This document shows positions 7,769 to 17,216 of a stretch of DNA of 64,000 nt, piece after piece. The stretch comes from Pseudomonadota bacterium (GTDB taxonomy: Bacteria; Bdellovibrionota_B; Oligoflexia; Oligoflexales; CAIYRB01): the NCBI GenBank assembly GCA_031416315.1, contig JANOTL010000223.1, positions 1-64,000 on the forward strand. Direction: 5' to 3'. Below the pieces are notes generated by a model that worked only from the letters and a program-made list of their open reading frames with translations, searched no databases and had not been told where the DNA came from. The position numbers and the translations under genes were made by a program. The first letter of the stretch is position 1. Each line of letters begins with the position of its first letter.

Positions 7769-10700
7769 GTGAAAGCGGCGCCGTTTAAGAAACTCCTCGT
7801 CGCCAACCGCGGCGAGATCGCGGTCCGCATCCTGCGCGCCGCCGCCGAGCTCGGCATCAAGACGGTGGCGGTCTACTCGCACGAGGACCGCTTCGCGCTC
7901 TTCCGTTACAAGGCCGACGAGGCCTACAAGATCGGGGAGCCCGGAAAGCCCATCGCGGCCTACCTCGACGCCGCCAACATCGTGCAGAAGGCCGTGGAGT
8001 GGGGCGTCGACGCCATTCACCCGGGCTACGGCTTCCTCTCCGAGTCGGGGGAGTTCGCGCGGCTTGCGGCCGAGGCCGGCATCAAGTTCATCGGCCCCTC
8101 GCCGAAGGTGCTGGACGCGTTCGGCGACAAGGTCACGGCGAAAACCATCGCGGTCAAGGCCGGCCTGCCGGTCATTCCCGGAATCCGGGAGTCGCTGCCG
8201 ACGCTCGAGTCGGCGCGCAAGGTCGCGCGCGAGCTCGGCTACCCGGTGACCTTGAAAGCGGTCTCCGGCGGCGGCGGCAAGGGCATCCGCATGATCATGG
8301 CGGAGTCCGAGTTGGACAACGCCTTCGTCCGCGCCCAGTCCGAGGCGATGACGAGCTTCGGCCGCCCCGACGTCTACCTCGAGAAGATGATCGTCGCGCC
8401 GAAGCACATCGAGGTGCAGATCGTCGGCGACGAGCACGGCCGCATCGTCCACCTCTACGAGCGCGACTGCTCGATCCAACGCCGCCATCAGAAGGTGGTC
8501 GAGGTCGCGCCCGCCCTGGGAATCAAGCAGGAAACGCGTGAAAAGCTCTACGGCTACGCGCTCGCCGTGGCGAAGGAGGTGGGCTACTACGGGCTCGGCA
8601 CCGTCGAGTTCCTGGTCGACGCCAAGGAAGAGATCTACTTCCTCGAGGTGAATCCGCGCATCCAAGTCGAGCACACCGTCACCGAGATGATCACGGCGGT
8701 CGACCTCGTTCACACCTCGATCCTGATCGCGGCCGGCCACCACCTGGCGAGCCCCGGGATCGGCATCCCGGAGTCGGGGCCTTCGGCGCCGCGCGGCGTC
8801 GCCATCCAATGCCGCGTCACCACCGAGGACCCGGCGAACGACTTCGCCGCCGACACGGGCGAGATCATCGCGTTCCGTCCCGGCTTGGGCTTCGGCATCC
8901 GCCTGGACGAGGGCCAGGCGACGGCCGGCGGCGTGATCACGCCGCACTACGATTCCCTGCTCGTGAAGGTTACGGCTTGGGCGACGACGCTCGAGGCCGC
9001 GGCCGCGAAGATGCAGCGGAGCCTAACGGAGTTCCGGATCCGCGGCGTCAAGCACAACATCGCGCTCCTCCGCAACGTCGTCGCCCATCCGGTCTTCCTC
9101 GACTCGTCGATGACGACCGCCTTCTTCGAGAAGCATCCGGAGATCTTCAATCTTCTGAAGGCGCGCGACCGCGCGACGCGCATGCTGCGCTACCTGGCGA
9201 ACGTCACCGTCAACAACCCGCACGACTTGCCGCAGAACGAGCCGCGCGGCGAGCGCGATGCGCCCGAAGTGTCGCTCTCCATCCCAGAGCACTCGGCTTT
9301 TGCCTACGACCCGGCGCAGCAGACGGCAAAGGAAGTCTACGCGAAGGGCGGCATGCGCGCCCTGAACGACTGGATCCGTCGCCAGGGCGCCCTCCTCGTC
9401 ACCGATACGACGATGCGCGACGCGCACCAGTCGCTCTTCGCCACGCGCCTCAGGACGAGAGACATCCTAAAGATCGCGCCCTTCTACCGTAAGTACGCGC
9501 ACCGGTTCTTCTCGCTGGAAGTGTGGGGCGGCGCGACCTTCGATACCTGTCTGCGTTTCCTAAAGGAAGACCCCTGGGAGCGCCTGGCGCTCGTGCGCGA
9601 GCAAGTGCCGAACGCCTTGCTGCAGATGCTGCTTCGCGGGGACAACGCGGTCGGCTACACGAACTACCCGGAGTGGGTGATCCGCGACTTCATCCGCCAC
9701 ACGGTGGACTCCGGCCTCGACGTCTTCCGCATCTTCGACTGCTTGAACCAGCCGGACAAGATGAAGGTGGCGATCGAGGAGGTGAAGAAGCGCGGCGCGA
9801 TCGCCGAAGTGTGCGTCTGCTACACGGGCAACGTCGTGTCGCCGGTCGAGACGAAGTACACGCTCGCGTACTATCTGAACGTCGCCAAAGAGCTCGTCTC
9901 GATGGGCGCCGACATCCTCTGCATCAAGGACATGGCCGGACTTCTCCGGCCGAAGGCGGCCTCCGTTTTGATCCGGGCCCTGCGCGAGACGGTCGACGTG
10001 CCGATCCATCTCCACATGCACGACACCGCCGGCGCCGGCGTCGCGACCCTCCTCGAAGCGGCGCAAGCGGGTTGCGAGATCGTCGACGGCGCCGTCAGCT
10101 CGATGGCCGGGCTCACCTCCCAGCCTTCGATCAACGCGCTCGTGGCCGCGATGGGCGGCGATCCGAAATGTCCCGAGGTGCCTTTGCCCGTCTTGGACGA
10201 GCTGGCGCGCTACTGGGAAGCCGTGCGCTCGATGTACCAGGACTTCGACCCGGGGATTCGCGCCACCTCGACCGACGTCTACGAGCACGAGATCCCGGGC
10301 GGCCAGTACTCCAACCTCTTCGAGCAGGCGCGCAAGGTCGGGGTCTCCGCGAAGGAGTTTCACGAGCTCACCAAGCGCTACAAAGAAGTGAACGAGCTCT
10401 TCGGCAACATCATCAAGGTGACGCCGTCGTCGAAGGTCGTGGGCGACATGGCGCTTCTCCTGCAGAAGCACGGCCTCACCGGGAAGGAGCTGCGCGCGAA
10501 GAAGCCGAAGCTCGACTATCCTGACTCCGTCGTCAGCTTCTTCAAGGGCCACATGGGCGTGCCCTACGGCGGCTTCCCGGCGGACGTGAGAGCGATCGTC
10601 CTCGGCGACAACGCGCCGCCGCCGGCGGCTCTGGCCGTCGAGGAGACGGACTCCTTCGACCAGGTGCGCGAGGCTTTGGCGAAGAAGCTGAAGCGCCCGA

Positions 10701-11233
10701 TCACCGACGGTGACGTCCTAAGCTACCGCCTCTATCCGAAGGTCTTTCTCGACTACGTGAAACATCGTCAGGTGAATGGCGAGGTCTCCGGCCTGACGAC
10801 ACCGATCTTTTTCTACGGCTTGGAGCAGGGCCAGGAGATCGAGACCGACCTCGAGCCGGGGAAGACGCTCGTCATCTCGCTGCAGGGCATCTCCGAGGCG
10901 GACGAGAGCGGCGTGCGCACCGTCTTCTTCGACCTGAACGGTTTTCCGCGCGCGATCGAGATCAAGGACGAGAAGGTGGGCGGCAAGGCGACGAGCCGGC
11001 CCGCCGCCGATCCGATGTCGGATCTTCACGTCGGCGCCGCCATGCCGGGGAAGGTGCTGGCGGTGAACGTCGTCTCCGGCCAGAAGGTGAAAGCCGGCGA
11101 CCCGCTCCTCGTCACCGAGTCGATGAAGATGGAGTACGTGATCACGGCGAAGGCCGAAGGCACCGTGAAGCGTGTGACCGTGACTCCGGGCGAGATGGTC
11201 GAGGGTGGCGACCTGCTCGTGGAGCTCGGCTAA
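7769..11233 (+). CDS. pyc: Pyruvate carboxylase
   Basis: LVANRGEIAVR, HPGYGFLSE, ERDCSIQRRHQK (BC); RDAHQSL, IKDMAG, HMHDT (CT); ESMKME biotinyl motif; 1154 aa. Confidence 0.97.
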   Translation: MKAAPFKKLLVANRGEIAVRILRAAAELGIKTVAVYSHEDRFALFRYKADEAYKIGEPGKPIAAYLDAANIVQKAVEWGVDAIHPGYGFLSESGEFARLAAEAGIKFIGPSPKVLDAFGDKVTAKTIAVKAGLPVIPGIRESLPTLESARKVARELGYPVTLKAVSGGGGKGIRMIMAESELDNAFVRAQSEAMTSFGRPDVYLEKMIVAPKHIEVQIVGDEHGRIVHLYERDCSIQRRHQKVVEVAPALGIKQETREKLYGYALAVAKEVGYYGLGTVEFLVDAKEEIYFLEVNPRIQVEHTVTEMITAVDLVHTSILIAAGHHLASPGIGIPESGPSAPRGVAIQCRVTTEDPANDFAADTGEIIAFRPGLGFGIRLDEGQATAGGVITPHYDSLLVKVTAWATTLEAAAAKMQRSLTEFRIRGVKHNIALLRNVVAHPVFLDSSMTTAFFEKHPEIFNLLKARDRATRMLRYLANVTVNNPHDLPQNEPRGERDAPEVSLSIPEHSAFAYDPAQQTAKEVYAKGGMRALNDWIRRQGALLVTDTTMRDAHQSLFATRLRTRDILKIAPFYRKYAHRFFSLEVWGGATFDTCLRFLKEDPWERLALVREQVPNALLQMLLRGDNAVGYTNYPEWVIRDFIRHTVDSGLDVFRIFDCLNQPDKMKVAIEEVKKRGAIAEVCVCYTGNVVSPVETKYTLAYYLNVAKELVSMGADILCIKDMAGLLRPKAASVLIRALRETVDVPIHLHMHDTAGAGVATLLEAAQAGCEIVDGAVSSMAGLTSQPSINALVAAMGGDPKCPEVPLPVLDELARYWEAVRSMYQDFDPGIRATSTDVYEHEIPGGQYSNLFEQARKVGVSAKEFHELTKRYKEVNELFGNIIKVTPSSKVVGDMALLLQKHGLTGKELRAKKPKLDYPDSVVSFFKGHMGVPYGGFPADVRAIVLGDNAPPPAALAVEETDSFDQVREALAKKLKRPITDGDVLSYRLYPKVFLDYVKHRQVNGEVSGLTTPIFFYGLEQGQEIETDLEPGKTLVISLQGISEADESGVRTVFFDLNGFPRAIEIKDEKVGGKATSRPAADPMSDLHVGAAMPGKVLAVNVVSGQKVKAGDPLLVTESMKMEYVITAKAEGTVKRVTVTPGEMVEGGDLLVELG

Positions 11234-11292
11234 GTTTCTGCGGATTTGGCCGTCAAGACGTGCCCTTGCGTCGTGACGGCCGGCGCCCCGCG

Positions 11293-11319
11293 TCAATTTT
11301 CCAAGGAAAAGTCCGATGT
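11293..11319 (+). promoter_or_regulatory. Sigma28 (FliA)-like promoter TCAA-N15-TCCGATGT
   Basis: Resembles the TAAA-N15-GCCGATAA consensus; ends 6 nt before the ATG at 11326. Confidence 0.4.
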
Positions 11320-11325
11320 TGGGGC

Positions 11326-12678
11326 ATGACCGAAGACGAACTGGAAAACCAACGCACCCTCGAGCGCGCCATCCGCGTGCAGCACGAGAACGCCGAGATC
11401 ATCGTCTCGTGGGTCTTGATCGGTTTCATCGCCTTTTTCGCCGGCGTCTATTTCCTTTGGCCCAAGGCCGCAACGACGACGAACGGCGCCTTCAACGCCT
11501 TCCCGTTCATCCTCGCGCTGTATACCCCTTTCCTGCTCCTTCGCCTCTTTCTCTCGTACAAGCGCAAGCTCGGGCGCGTGACGCTGACGCTGTCGATTTT
11601 CACCGACGTGTTCATGGTCGCCGCGATCATCTGGAGCTCGCACCTGCAGTATGGCGAAGCGCCGCCTTTCGCGCTGAAGTCGCCGACGTTCACCGCCTTC
11701 TACATGATGATTGCGCTGCGCGCGCTCGCCTTCAGCGTCCGCTATCTCGTGTTGACCGGCGTCTCGTCGATGCTTGCCTATGCTTTGGTGGTCGCGTACT
11801 CGTTCTACGCAGCGCCGACGCTCGTGACGCTCGACTATCCGGAGTCGGCGAACGGCAACAAGCTCCTCTTCGGCACCGAGGTCGAAAAGCTCCTCTCCCT
11901 CCTCACCGTCACGATGATCCTCGTCCTCGCCGTCTCACGCACGCGCAAGCTTCTCCTGAAGTCGATCTCCGAGACGCAGGCCAACCGCGCCATGTCGCGT
12001 TTCTTTAGCCCCGAGATCGCGGCGAAGATCAAATCTTCGGGCGTTGGCATCGAGCCGGGGAAGGGCGAGCATCGGAACGCCGCCATCCTGATGATGGACC
12101 TGCGTGGCTTCACCAAGCTGTCGACGGAGATGCCGGCCAACGCCGTGATGAAGCTTCTGGCCGACTACCAGTCGCGCATGGTCAGCCCGATCTTCCGCAA
12201 CGGCGGCACGATCGACAAGTTCATGGGCGACGGCATCATGGCCCACTTCGGCGCGGCGTCGCCGTCCACGACCTATGCCGGTGACTGCCTGCGCGCCGTC
12301 CTGGAGCTCGAGAGCGCCTGCCATCTATGGAACGCGGAGCGCCGCATCGCGAACCTGCCGGAGCTGCAGTTCGGCATCGCCTGCGCCGTCGGCGACGTGA
12401 TCTTCGGCGCCGTCGGCGACAAGGACCGTCTCGAGCTGACGACGATCGGCGAGGCGGTGAACCTCGCGGCAAAGCTCGAGAAACATACGAAAGCCGCCGC
12501 CGTCATGGCGGTCACGACCGAAACCATGTACTACCGGTCGCTCGATCAGGGCTTTAAGCCCGCCGTCGAATTCCGCCGCATCCCGCAAAGCCCCGTTGCG
12601 GGGGTTCCCCATGTCCTCAATCTCGTGGTCCTGGCCGAGCGTCCCGCGCAGCTCGAGGGCGTCAAGCCCGCCGCTTGA
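11326..12678 (+). CDS. Membrane-bound class III adenylate/guanylate cyclase
   Basis: About 6 TM segments, then MDLRGFT, DKFMGDGIMA, TIGEAVNLAAKLE. Confidence 0.9.
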   Translation: MTEDELENQRTLERAIRVQHENAEIIVSWVLIGFIAFFAGVYFLWPKAATTTNGAFNAFPFILALYTPFLLLRLFLSYKRKLGRVTLTLSIFTDVFMVAAIIWSSHLQYGEAPPFALKSPTFTAFYMMIALRALAFSVRYLVLTGVSSMLAYALVVAYSFYAAPTLVTLDYPESANGNKLLFGTEVEKLLSLLTVTMILVLAVSRTRKLLLKSISETQANRAMSRFFSPEIAAKIKSSGVGIEPGKGEHRNAAILMMDLRGFTKLSTEMPANAVMKLLADYQSRMVSPIFRNGGTIDKFMGDGIMAHFGAASPSTTYAGDCLRAVLELESACHLWNAERRIANLPELQFGIACAVGDVIFGAVGDKDRLELTTIGEAVNLAAKLEKHTKAAAVMAVTTETMYYRSLDQGFKPAVEFRRIPQSPVAGVPHVLNLVVLAERPAQLEGVKPAA

Positions 12679-12721
12679 GCCCATTTCCGCCCTAGGCTAT
12701 CCTCGGGCGAAGAGGTCCAAC

Positions 12722-13198
12722 ATGCGCGCACTCCTCGTTCTCCTCGCCCTCGTCTCGGCCGTGGGCTGTAAGCAACGTAATCCCGACGCGGCCGGGCTCC
12801 TCGACGCCCCCGACGCCGGCAGCGAAGAGGGCGACGTGGATGCGAGTGGACCTGTTCCTGGCGACTTCAGCATCACGTGCCGGCCGAGCGAGGGCGCCGC
12901 GGCGCGGGACGAATACAAGCTCGACGTCCGCGGCGCCGTGCGCGCCGAGGACGAGGCCCAGGCGATCAGCGTCACCGTCGACCGCAAGCGCGCCACGGCC
13001 TCGCGGCAAGTCGACCGGCTCGCGACAGCGCAGGGCGGACGCGGCTCGGTGCGCCTTCAAGGCACGATCTCGCTCGGCTTCGGCTCGGGCGCGCTCACGG
13101 CGGAGTATGTCGGCGGCACGCACGAGGGAATCCTGACCTTGGCGGAAGATGCCGAGGCCAAGGCTCTGGCCGTGAAATGCGGCGTCACGGCCCGGTGA
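12722..13198 (+). CDS. Hypothetical lipoprotein
   Basis: MRALLVLLALVSAVG-C lipobox. Confidence 0.65.
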   Translation: MRALLVLLALVSAVGCKQRNPDAAGLLDAPDAGSEEGDVDASGPVPGDFSITCRPSEGAAARDEYKLDVRGAVRAEDEAQAISVTVDRKRATASRQVDRLATAQGGRGSVRLQGTISLGFGSGALTAEYVGGTHEGILTLAEDAEAKALAVKCGVTAR

Positions 13199-13207
13199 CG
13201 GTCGCGG

Positions 13208-13819
13208 TCAGGATTCCTCGTTCGTCCGCTTTTTCGCGCCGGACGCCCCGAGCTCCTCGAGGATGAAGTAGCAGGGGACCTTCTCCGGCGCGCCGCCTTC
13301 GCTGGCCTGCGCTTGCGTCACCGGCCGGAAGCCGAAACGGAGGAAGAGCTTTTGCGCCTTCTCCATCTCCGGGGTCGTCTCGAGGTAGAGGCGCTTGTAG
13401 CCGAGCGCTCGCGCTTCTTCGACGCAGCGCTTGAGCAGGCGGCCGCCCAAGCCCTGGCCGCGCCAATCCTTGTCGAGCACGAGGTCACGGACCTCGCCGA
13501 GCCCCTCGAGGGGCGACAGGCCGTGGAGGGGCCCGATGCCGGCGCCGCCGACGATCTTGCCGTCCTGCCGCAAGTCGCGAAGGACGAAATACCGCGCGCC
13601 TTCGGCTTGGTAGACCGCGCTCACGCTCCTCAGACGACGGAAGGTGGAGGCCAGGACGGAGCCCGCCTCGGCATAGCCCGAAAGGTTGCGCTGGATCAGC
13701 CCGCGGACCTCGTCTTCGTCCGTCCCCGCGAGCGTCGCGATCAGTACGTCATCGTGAACCATGCGGCCGGCCTTTGTTCCCGAAGGGATGAGCGGCAATC
13801 CCGCACCGACGTTGACCAT
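13208..13819 (-). CDS. GNAT family N-acetyltransferase
   Basis: WRGQGLG, GYKRLYLET, AQKLF.RFGF. Confidence 0.88.
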   Translation of the reverse strand: MVNVGAGLPLIPSGTKAGRMVHDDVLIATLAGTDEDEVRGLIQRNLSGYAEAGSVLASTFRRLRSVSAVYQAEGARYFVLRDLRQDGKIVGGAGIGPLHGLSPLEGLGEVRDLVLDKDWRGQGLGGRLLKRCVEEARALGYKRLYLETTPEMEKAQKLFLRFGFRPVTQAQASEGGAPEKVPCYFILEELGASGAKKRTNEES

Positions 13820-13962
13820 ACCCGACTCCAGGCAAAAAGGTTCCTGCCCGCGAGGGGGGACGACATCGAACGTTAACCTCGGGGCTCAGGAAAATGAAAG
13901 CGGGAAATCCCCCGGTAGGAGATCGCGCTCGGTTCGCCGTCACCTCGCGCGCCCGGGAGCGC

Positions 13963-14337
13963 TCACTTTTTCTTGATGTCCGACACCGGCCGCGCTTCGC
14001 GCGTGGCGCCCATCTCTTGCATGTCGCGCGTGTTGATGTTGCTCGTCGCCATGCCGCTCGTGGCGTCGGTGTCGTCGAGGCGCATCGCGTCGTGCAGGTC
14101 TTTTTCCGTCTTTTTCTTGCGCACCATGTACACCACGGTGCCGATGAGAAGGACGACCGCGATGATGATGCCGGGCACGGCGCCGAAGAGGAAGATCGTC
14201 TCTTTCGGGTCCATCTTGGCGAAGTTGTCGACCTCGCCCTTGGTCTCGGTCGTCGGCGTTGTCGTCGGCTGCGCCTCGGTCGCGCTACTGCGACTCGCGT
14301 CGCCGGCTGGCGGCGTCGTTTGATTGTCTTCTTCCAT
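13963..14337 (-). CDS. Hypothetical single-pass membrane protein
   Basis: GGAGA SD; one hydrophobic helix followed by RKKK. Confidence 0.6.
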   Translation of the reverse strand: MEEDNQTTPPAGDASRSSATEAQPTTTPTTETKGEVDNFAKMDPKETIFLFGAVPGIIIAVVLLIGTVVYMVRKKKTEKDLHDAMRLDDTDATSGMATSNINTRDMQEMGATREARPVSDIKKK

Positions 14338-14515
14338 GGACAAATCTCCCCGGCGTTCGATGGCGGCGCGAGAGCGCGGCAGAATCTCTTGAACTTTGAA
14401 GACATTTTACGGGATTCGCCCTCGATCTTTCCAGTGGGGTCGATCGCGTGTAGACTCTTGACAGAACACACATCTTTCGATCTCACGATGAGAGCGAGCA
14501 GGGGGGGCCCGCACG

Positions 14516-15739
14516 ATGCGCTTTGTCGTTTTTGCGTCCACGATGTTATCGATTTCACTTTTAGCCGCTTGCGGGGCGCCAATGCCTGCGCCGGCCGCGC
14601 TCGAGAACCCGCTGTTCTCGGCGAAGCGGCAGGATCCTAAGGCCTACCGCGTGCCCCGGGAGGCTCTCGCGGCGCCGAAGTCCCTTTGCGGCGCCAACGA
14701 CATGGTCCCAGTGAACGACTACTTCGGAACCCTCGGCAAGCCGCAGGCCTTCGTCCGTCAGCACCAGTTCGCGGTCGGAGCGATCGAGGAGGCGGCGCTC
14801 GACTCGGCCTCGAAGTACTGCTCCGGCACCCTGATCGGGCCGGACCTCTTCATCACGGCGAGCCATTGCGTCGACGGGGCGACGACGACGCATTCCGTCG
14901 CGATGAGCTACGAATGGCAGGCCGGCAGCCGGAGCACGGTCTTGCCACAGCAGCATTTCCGCATCACCGAGGTGGTCGAGAACGGCTCCTCGATCGACTA
15001 TGCGGTCCTCCGGCTCGCCGGCGACCCGGGCACCATTTTCGGCTGGGCGAGCCTCCGCACGCGCGAGGTCAGCATCGGCGAGCAGGTCACCGTCATCCAG
15101 CACCCAGAGGGCCAGCCGAAGCAGGTCGAGATCGGCCCCGTCGCCTCGTTCGCGGGCAACTACATGGAGTACTCGGATCTGGACACGAACCCGGGGAGCT
15201 CGGGCTCGGGCGTCCTGGACGCGTCGGGTGCGCTGGTCGGCATCCACACGAACGGGGGCTGCTTCACCGGGGGCGGTACCAACTCGGGGGTCAGGCTGAA
15301 CGCCGCTCGAGCGTCTTCGGTTCTTTCGAGTCTCGCCAATCGGACTTTGCCCTTCTCGGGAGCCGACCGGGTCACCCTGGGCCGGGGCCGGGACGTCCTC
15401 GCCCTGGTGAGTGGCCAGGTCAAATTGGCGCGCTTGGGCGCGTCCTCGTGGACGGTCGAGGACTTAGGCGACGGTGCCTACGGTCTCACCATGACGGTCG
15501 GCGGACGCTCCTACGCTCTGGCGGCCACGGCTTCGGGCGTTCAGGCGGTCGACGCGACGCGCCCTGCCCCTGCCTCGGACTTCGGCCGCCGCTGGCGCGC
15601 CGTGATCGACATGAGCGGTCAGGTCTCTTTCCGAACCGTCGGCGGCGGGGACGCCGGCCGCTGGCTCGGGACCGACGCCCAGGGTCTGGCCAAGCTCGGC
15701 GCCAGAGCCTCGGCATGGACGATCCAAATTTCCGGTTGA
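14516..15739 (+). CDS. Trypsin-like (S1) serine protease lipoprotein with C-terminal beta-rich domain
   Basis: Lipobox LAAC; catalytic triad motifs TASHC, DYA, TNPGSSGS. Confidence 0.88.
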   Translation: MRFVVFASTMLSISLLAACGAPMPAPAALENPLFSAKRQDPKAYRVPREALAAPKSLCGANDMVPVNDYFGTLGKPQAFVRQHQFAVGAIEEAALDSASKYCSGTLIGPDLFITASHCVDGATTTHSVAMSYEWQAGSRSTVLPQQHFRITEVVENGSSIDYAVLRLAGDPGTIFGWASLRTREVSIGEQVTVIQHPEGQPKQVEIGPVASFAGNYMEYSDLDTNPGSSGSGVLDASGALVGIHTNGGCFTGGGTNSGVRLNAARASSVLSSLANRTLPFSGADRVTLGRGRDVLALVSGQVKLARLGASSWTVEDLGDGAYGLTMTVGGRSYALAATASGVQAVDATRPAPASDFGRRWRAVIDMSGQVSFRTVGGGDAGRWLGTDAQGLAKLGARASAWTIQISG

Positions 15740-15764
15740 TTTTTCGGCACTAAGGAATAAAAAA

Positions 15765-15791
15765 GGGGCTTCCGTCTGGAGGCCCCATTTT
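15765..15791 (+). terminator. Hairpin/terminator between protease and downstream barrel gene
   Basis: GGGGCTTCC-gtct-GGAGGCCCC followed by ATTTT, preceded by an A run; the 3' arm contains the GGAGG SD of the next gene. Confidence 0.5.
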
Positions 15792-16436
15792 ATGTCGAAG
15801 CGCTCTCTCATCGGTCTATCGATCCTCGGACTCGTCCTGTTGGCGGCTCCGGCTCGGGCCATGGAGCTCAGCTTCCTTTCCGGCCTCTACAAGTCGGAGA
15901 GCGACAAAGTGAACGGCGACGATGCCGGCGGCAAGGCGACGATCGAGCTCGGCGGCCGTCTGGGCGGCGAGATCGACCAGCGCTTTCACTGGTTCGGCGA
16001 GTCGAACCTCACCCTGCGCACCTACGACGAGGGCGACAGCGGCGACGCGCCGGACAACAGCACGAGCCTCGCGCTCGGCGGCGGCGTGCGCTACTATTTC
16101 TCCCGCTTCTCGGAGTTCTCGGTGCCGTTCACGGCGGCCTTCGCCCGCTTCAAGACCGACAAGAACGCCGAGCAGGACTTGACCGGCATCACCGAGACGG
16201 AGTCCACAGGGCTCTACTACGGCGGCCGCGTCGGCATCCGCTTCGGCCTCGACCAAGATTTCTTTCTCGACCTCGAGACGCCCTTGTTCGAAAGCGCGCT
16301 CTTCGCGCAAGAGAAGACGGAGCTCACGACTCCGGCCGGCGTGAAGACGAAATTCTCGAAATCCCGCACCGACATTTATCTGAACACGACGGGAGCTCTG
16401 AGCTCGATGGTCGTCGCCCTCGGACTCAAGCTCTAA
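15792..16436 (+). CDS. Outer-membrane beta-barrel protein
   Basis: Signal peptide (ARA), GGGVRYYF and GIRFG strands. Confidence 0.7.
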   Translation: MSKRSLIGLSILGLVLLAAPARAMELSFLSGLYKSESDKVNGDDAGGKATIELGGRLGGEIDQRFHWFGESNLTLRTYDEGDSGDAPDNSTSLALGGGVRYYFSRFSEFSVPFTAAFARFKTDKNAEQDLTGITETESTGLYYGGRVGIRFGLDQDFFLDLETPLFESALFAQEKTELTTPAGVKTKFSKSRTDIYLNTTGALSSMVVALGLKL

Positions 16437-16455
16437 CGCAACGGAGATCCTGGTC

Positions 16456-16575
16456 ATGAAAAAAGGCACCCGCCCCGCTCGCAAACGCAACAAGTCCGCG
16501 CGCTACCGCGCCAAGAAAAAGCTGCGCGTGCTCCGCAAGAAGCGCAAGAGCCCTTCGGGCCGCAAAAAAGTCTGA
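16456..16575 (+). CDS. 39-aa highly basic small protein MKKGTRPARKRNKSARYRAKKKLRVLRKKRKSPSGRKKV (not in ORF track)
   Basis: GGAGA SD at 16443-16447, ATG 16456, TGA 16573-16575; 21 of 39 residues are K/R. Confidence 0.65.
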   Translation: MKKGTRPARKRNKSARYRAKKKLRVLRKKRKSPSGRKKV

Positions 16576-16582
16576 GGCCGAC

Positions 16583-17053
16583 ATTCTCTTCACGCAGGCG
16601 AATGGTTTTTACCATGCGCCAGAGCGCATCGACGAGACGACCGAACTGCCGGTCGTGGCGGCATTGCCTCCGGACATGGTGATCAAGATCGACTTCACGG
16701 CCGTGCGGACCATCAACAGCTATGGCACGCGCCGGCTGATGGGCTTCATGCGCGAAGTGAAGCCGCGACCGATCGAGTTCCACAATTGCCCTTCGATCTT
16801 TGTCGACACCTTGAACATCGTCCGGGATGTCCTCGGCAATCCGCGTGACCCTTCGATCGTCAAGTCGTTCGCGATCCCGCTGTGCTGTCTCGACTGCCAA
16901 CACTTCTTCGACGCGATGATTCAGACGAAGGACGTGAAGGCCGACCAGGACGACATGGGGCTCGCGCCGCAGGTCTGTCCGAAGTGCGGCGGGACCGAGA
17001 CGGAGCGTGACGTCGATGCGGACGAGCACCTCGGCTTTCTGGCCACGGACTAG
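16583..17053 (+). CDS. STAS-like protein with C-terminal zinc-ribbon cysteines; probable ATT start
   Basis: RIDE...INSYGTR...NCP..FVD.LN.V...SF..P.C..C...CPKCG; first canonical start (16655) lies after the IDE motif. Confidence 0.65.
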   Translation: MLFTQANGFYHAPERIDETTELPVVAALPPDMVIKIDFTAVRTINSYGTRRLMGFMREVKPRPIEFHNCPSIFVDTLNIVRDVLGNPRDPSIVKSFAIPLCCLDCQHFFDAMIQTKDVKADQDDMGLAPQVCPKCGGTETERDVDADEHLGFLATD

Positions 17054-17101
17054 GACCGCAAAGCTCGAGCTTGCCCTGCTGGCTCTAGAACGGCGCTAAG
17101 A

Positions 17102-17144
17102 AAACCAAAATCCAGAGGCCAAAAACGCCTTTGGATTTTGGTTT
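17102..17144. terminator. 18-bp inverted repeat between convergent genes (bidirectional terminator-like)
   Basis: AAACCAAAATCCAGAGGC / GCCTTTGGATTTTGGTTT. Confidence 0.65.
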
Positions 17145-17216
17145 ACTCGGCCGGTGCGACCGTGAGCGACTCATTGCATCGCTCACACGCGCTGTAACAC
17201 TAGCAGGAGAAACGGG

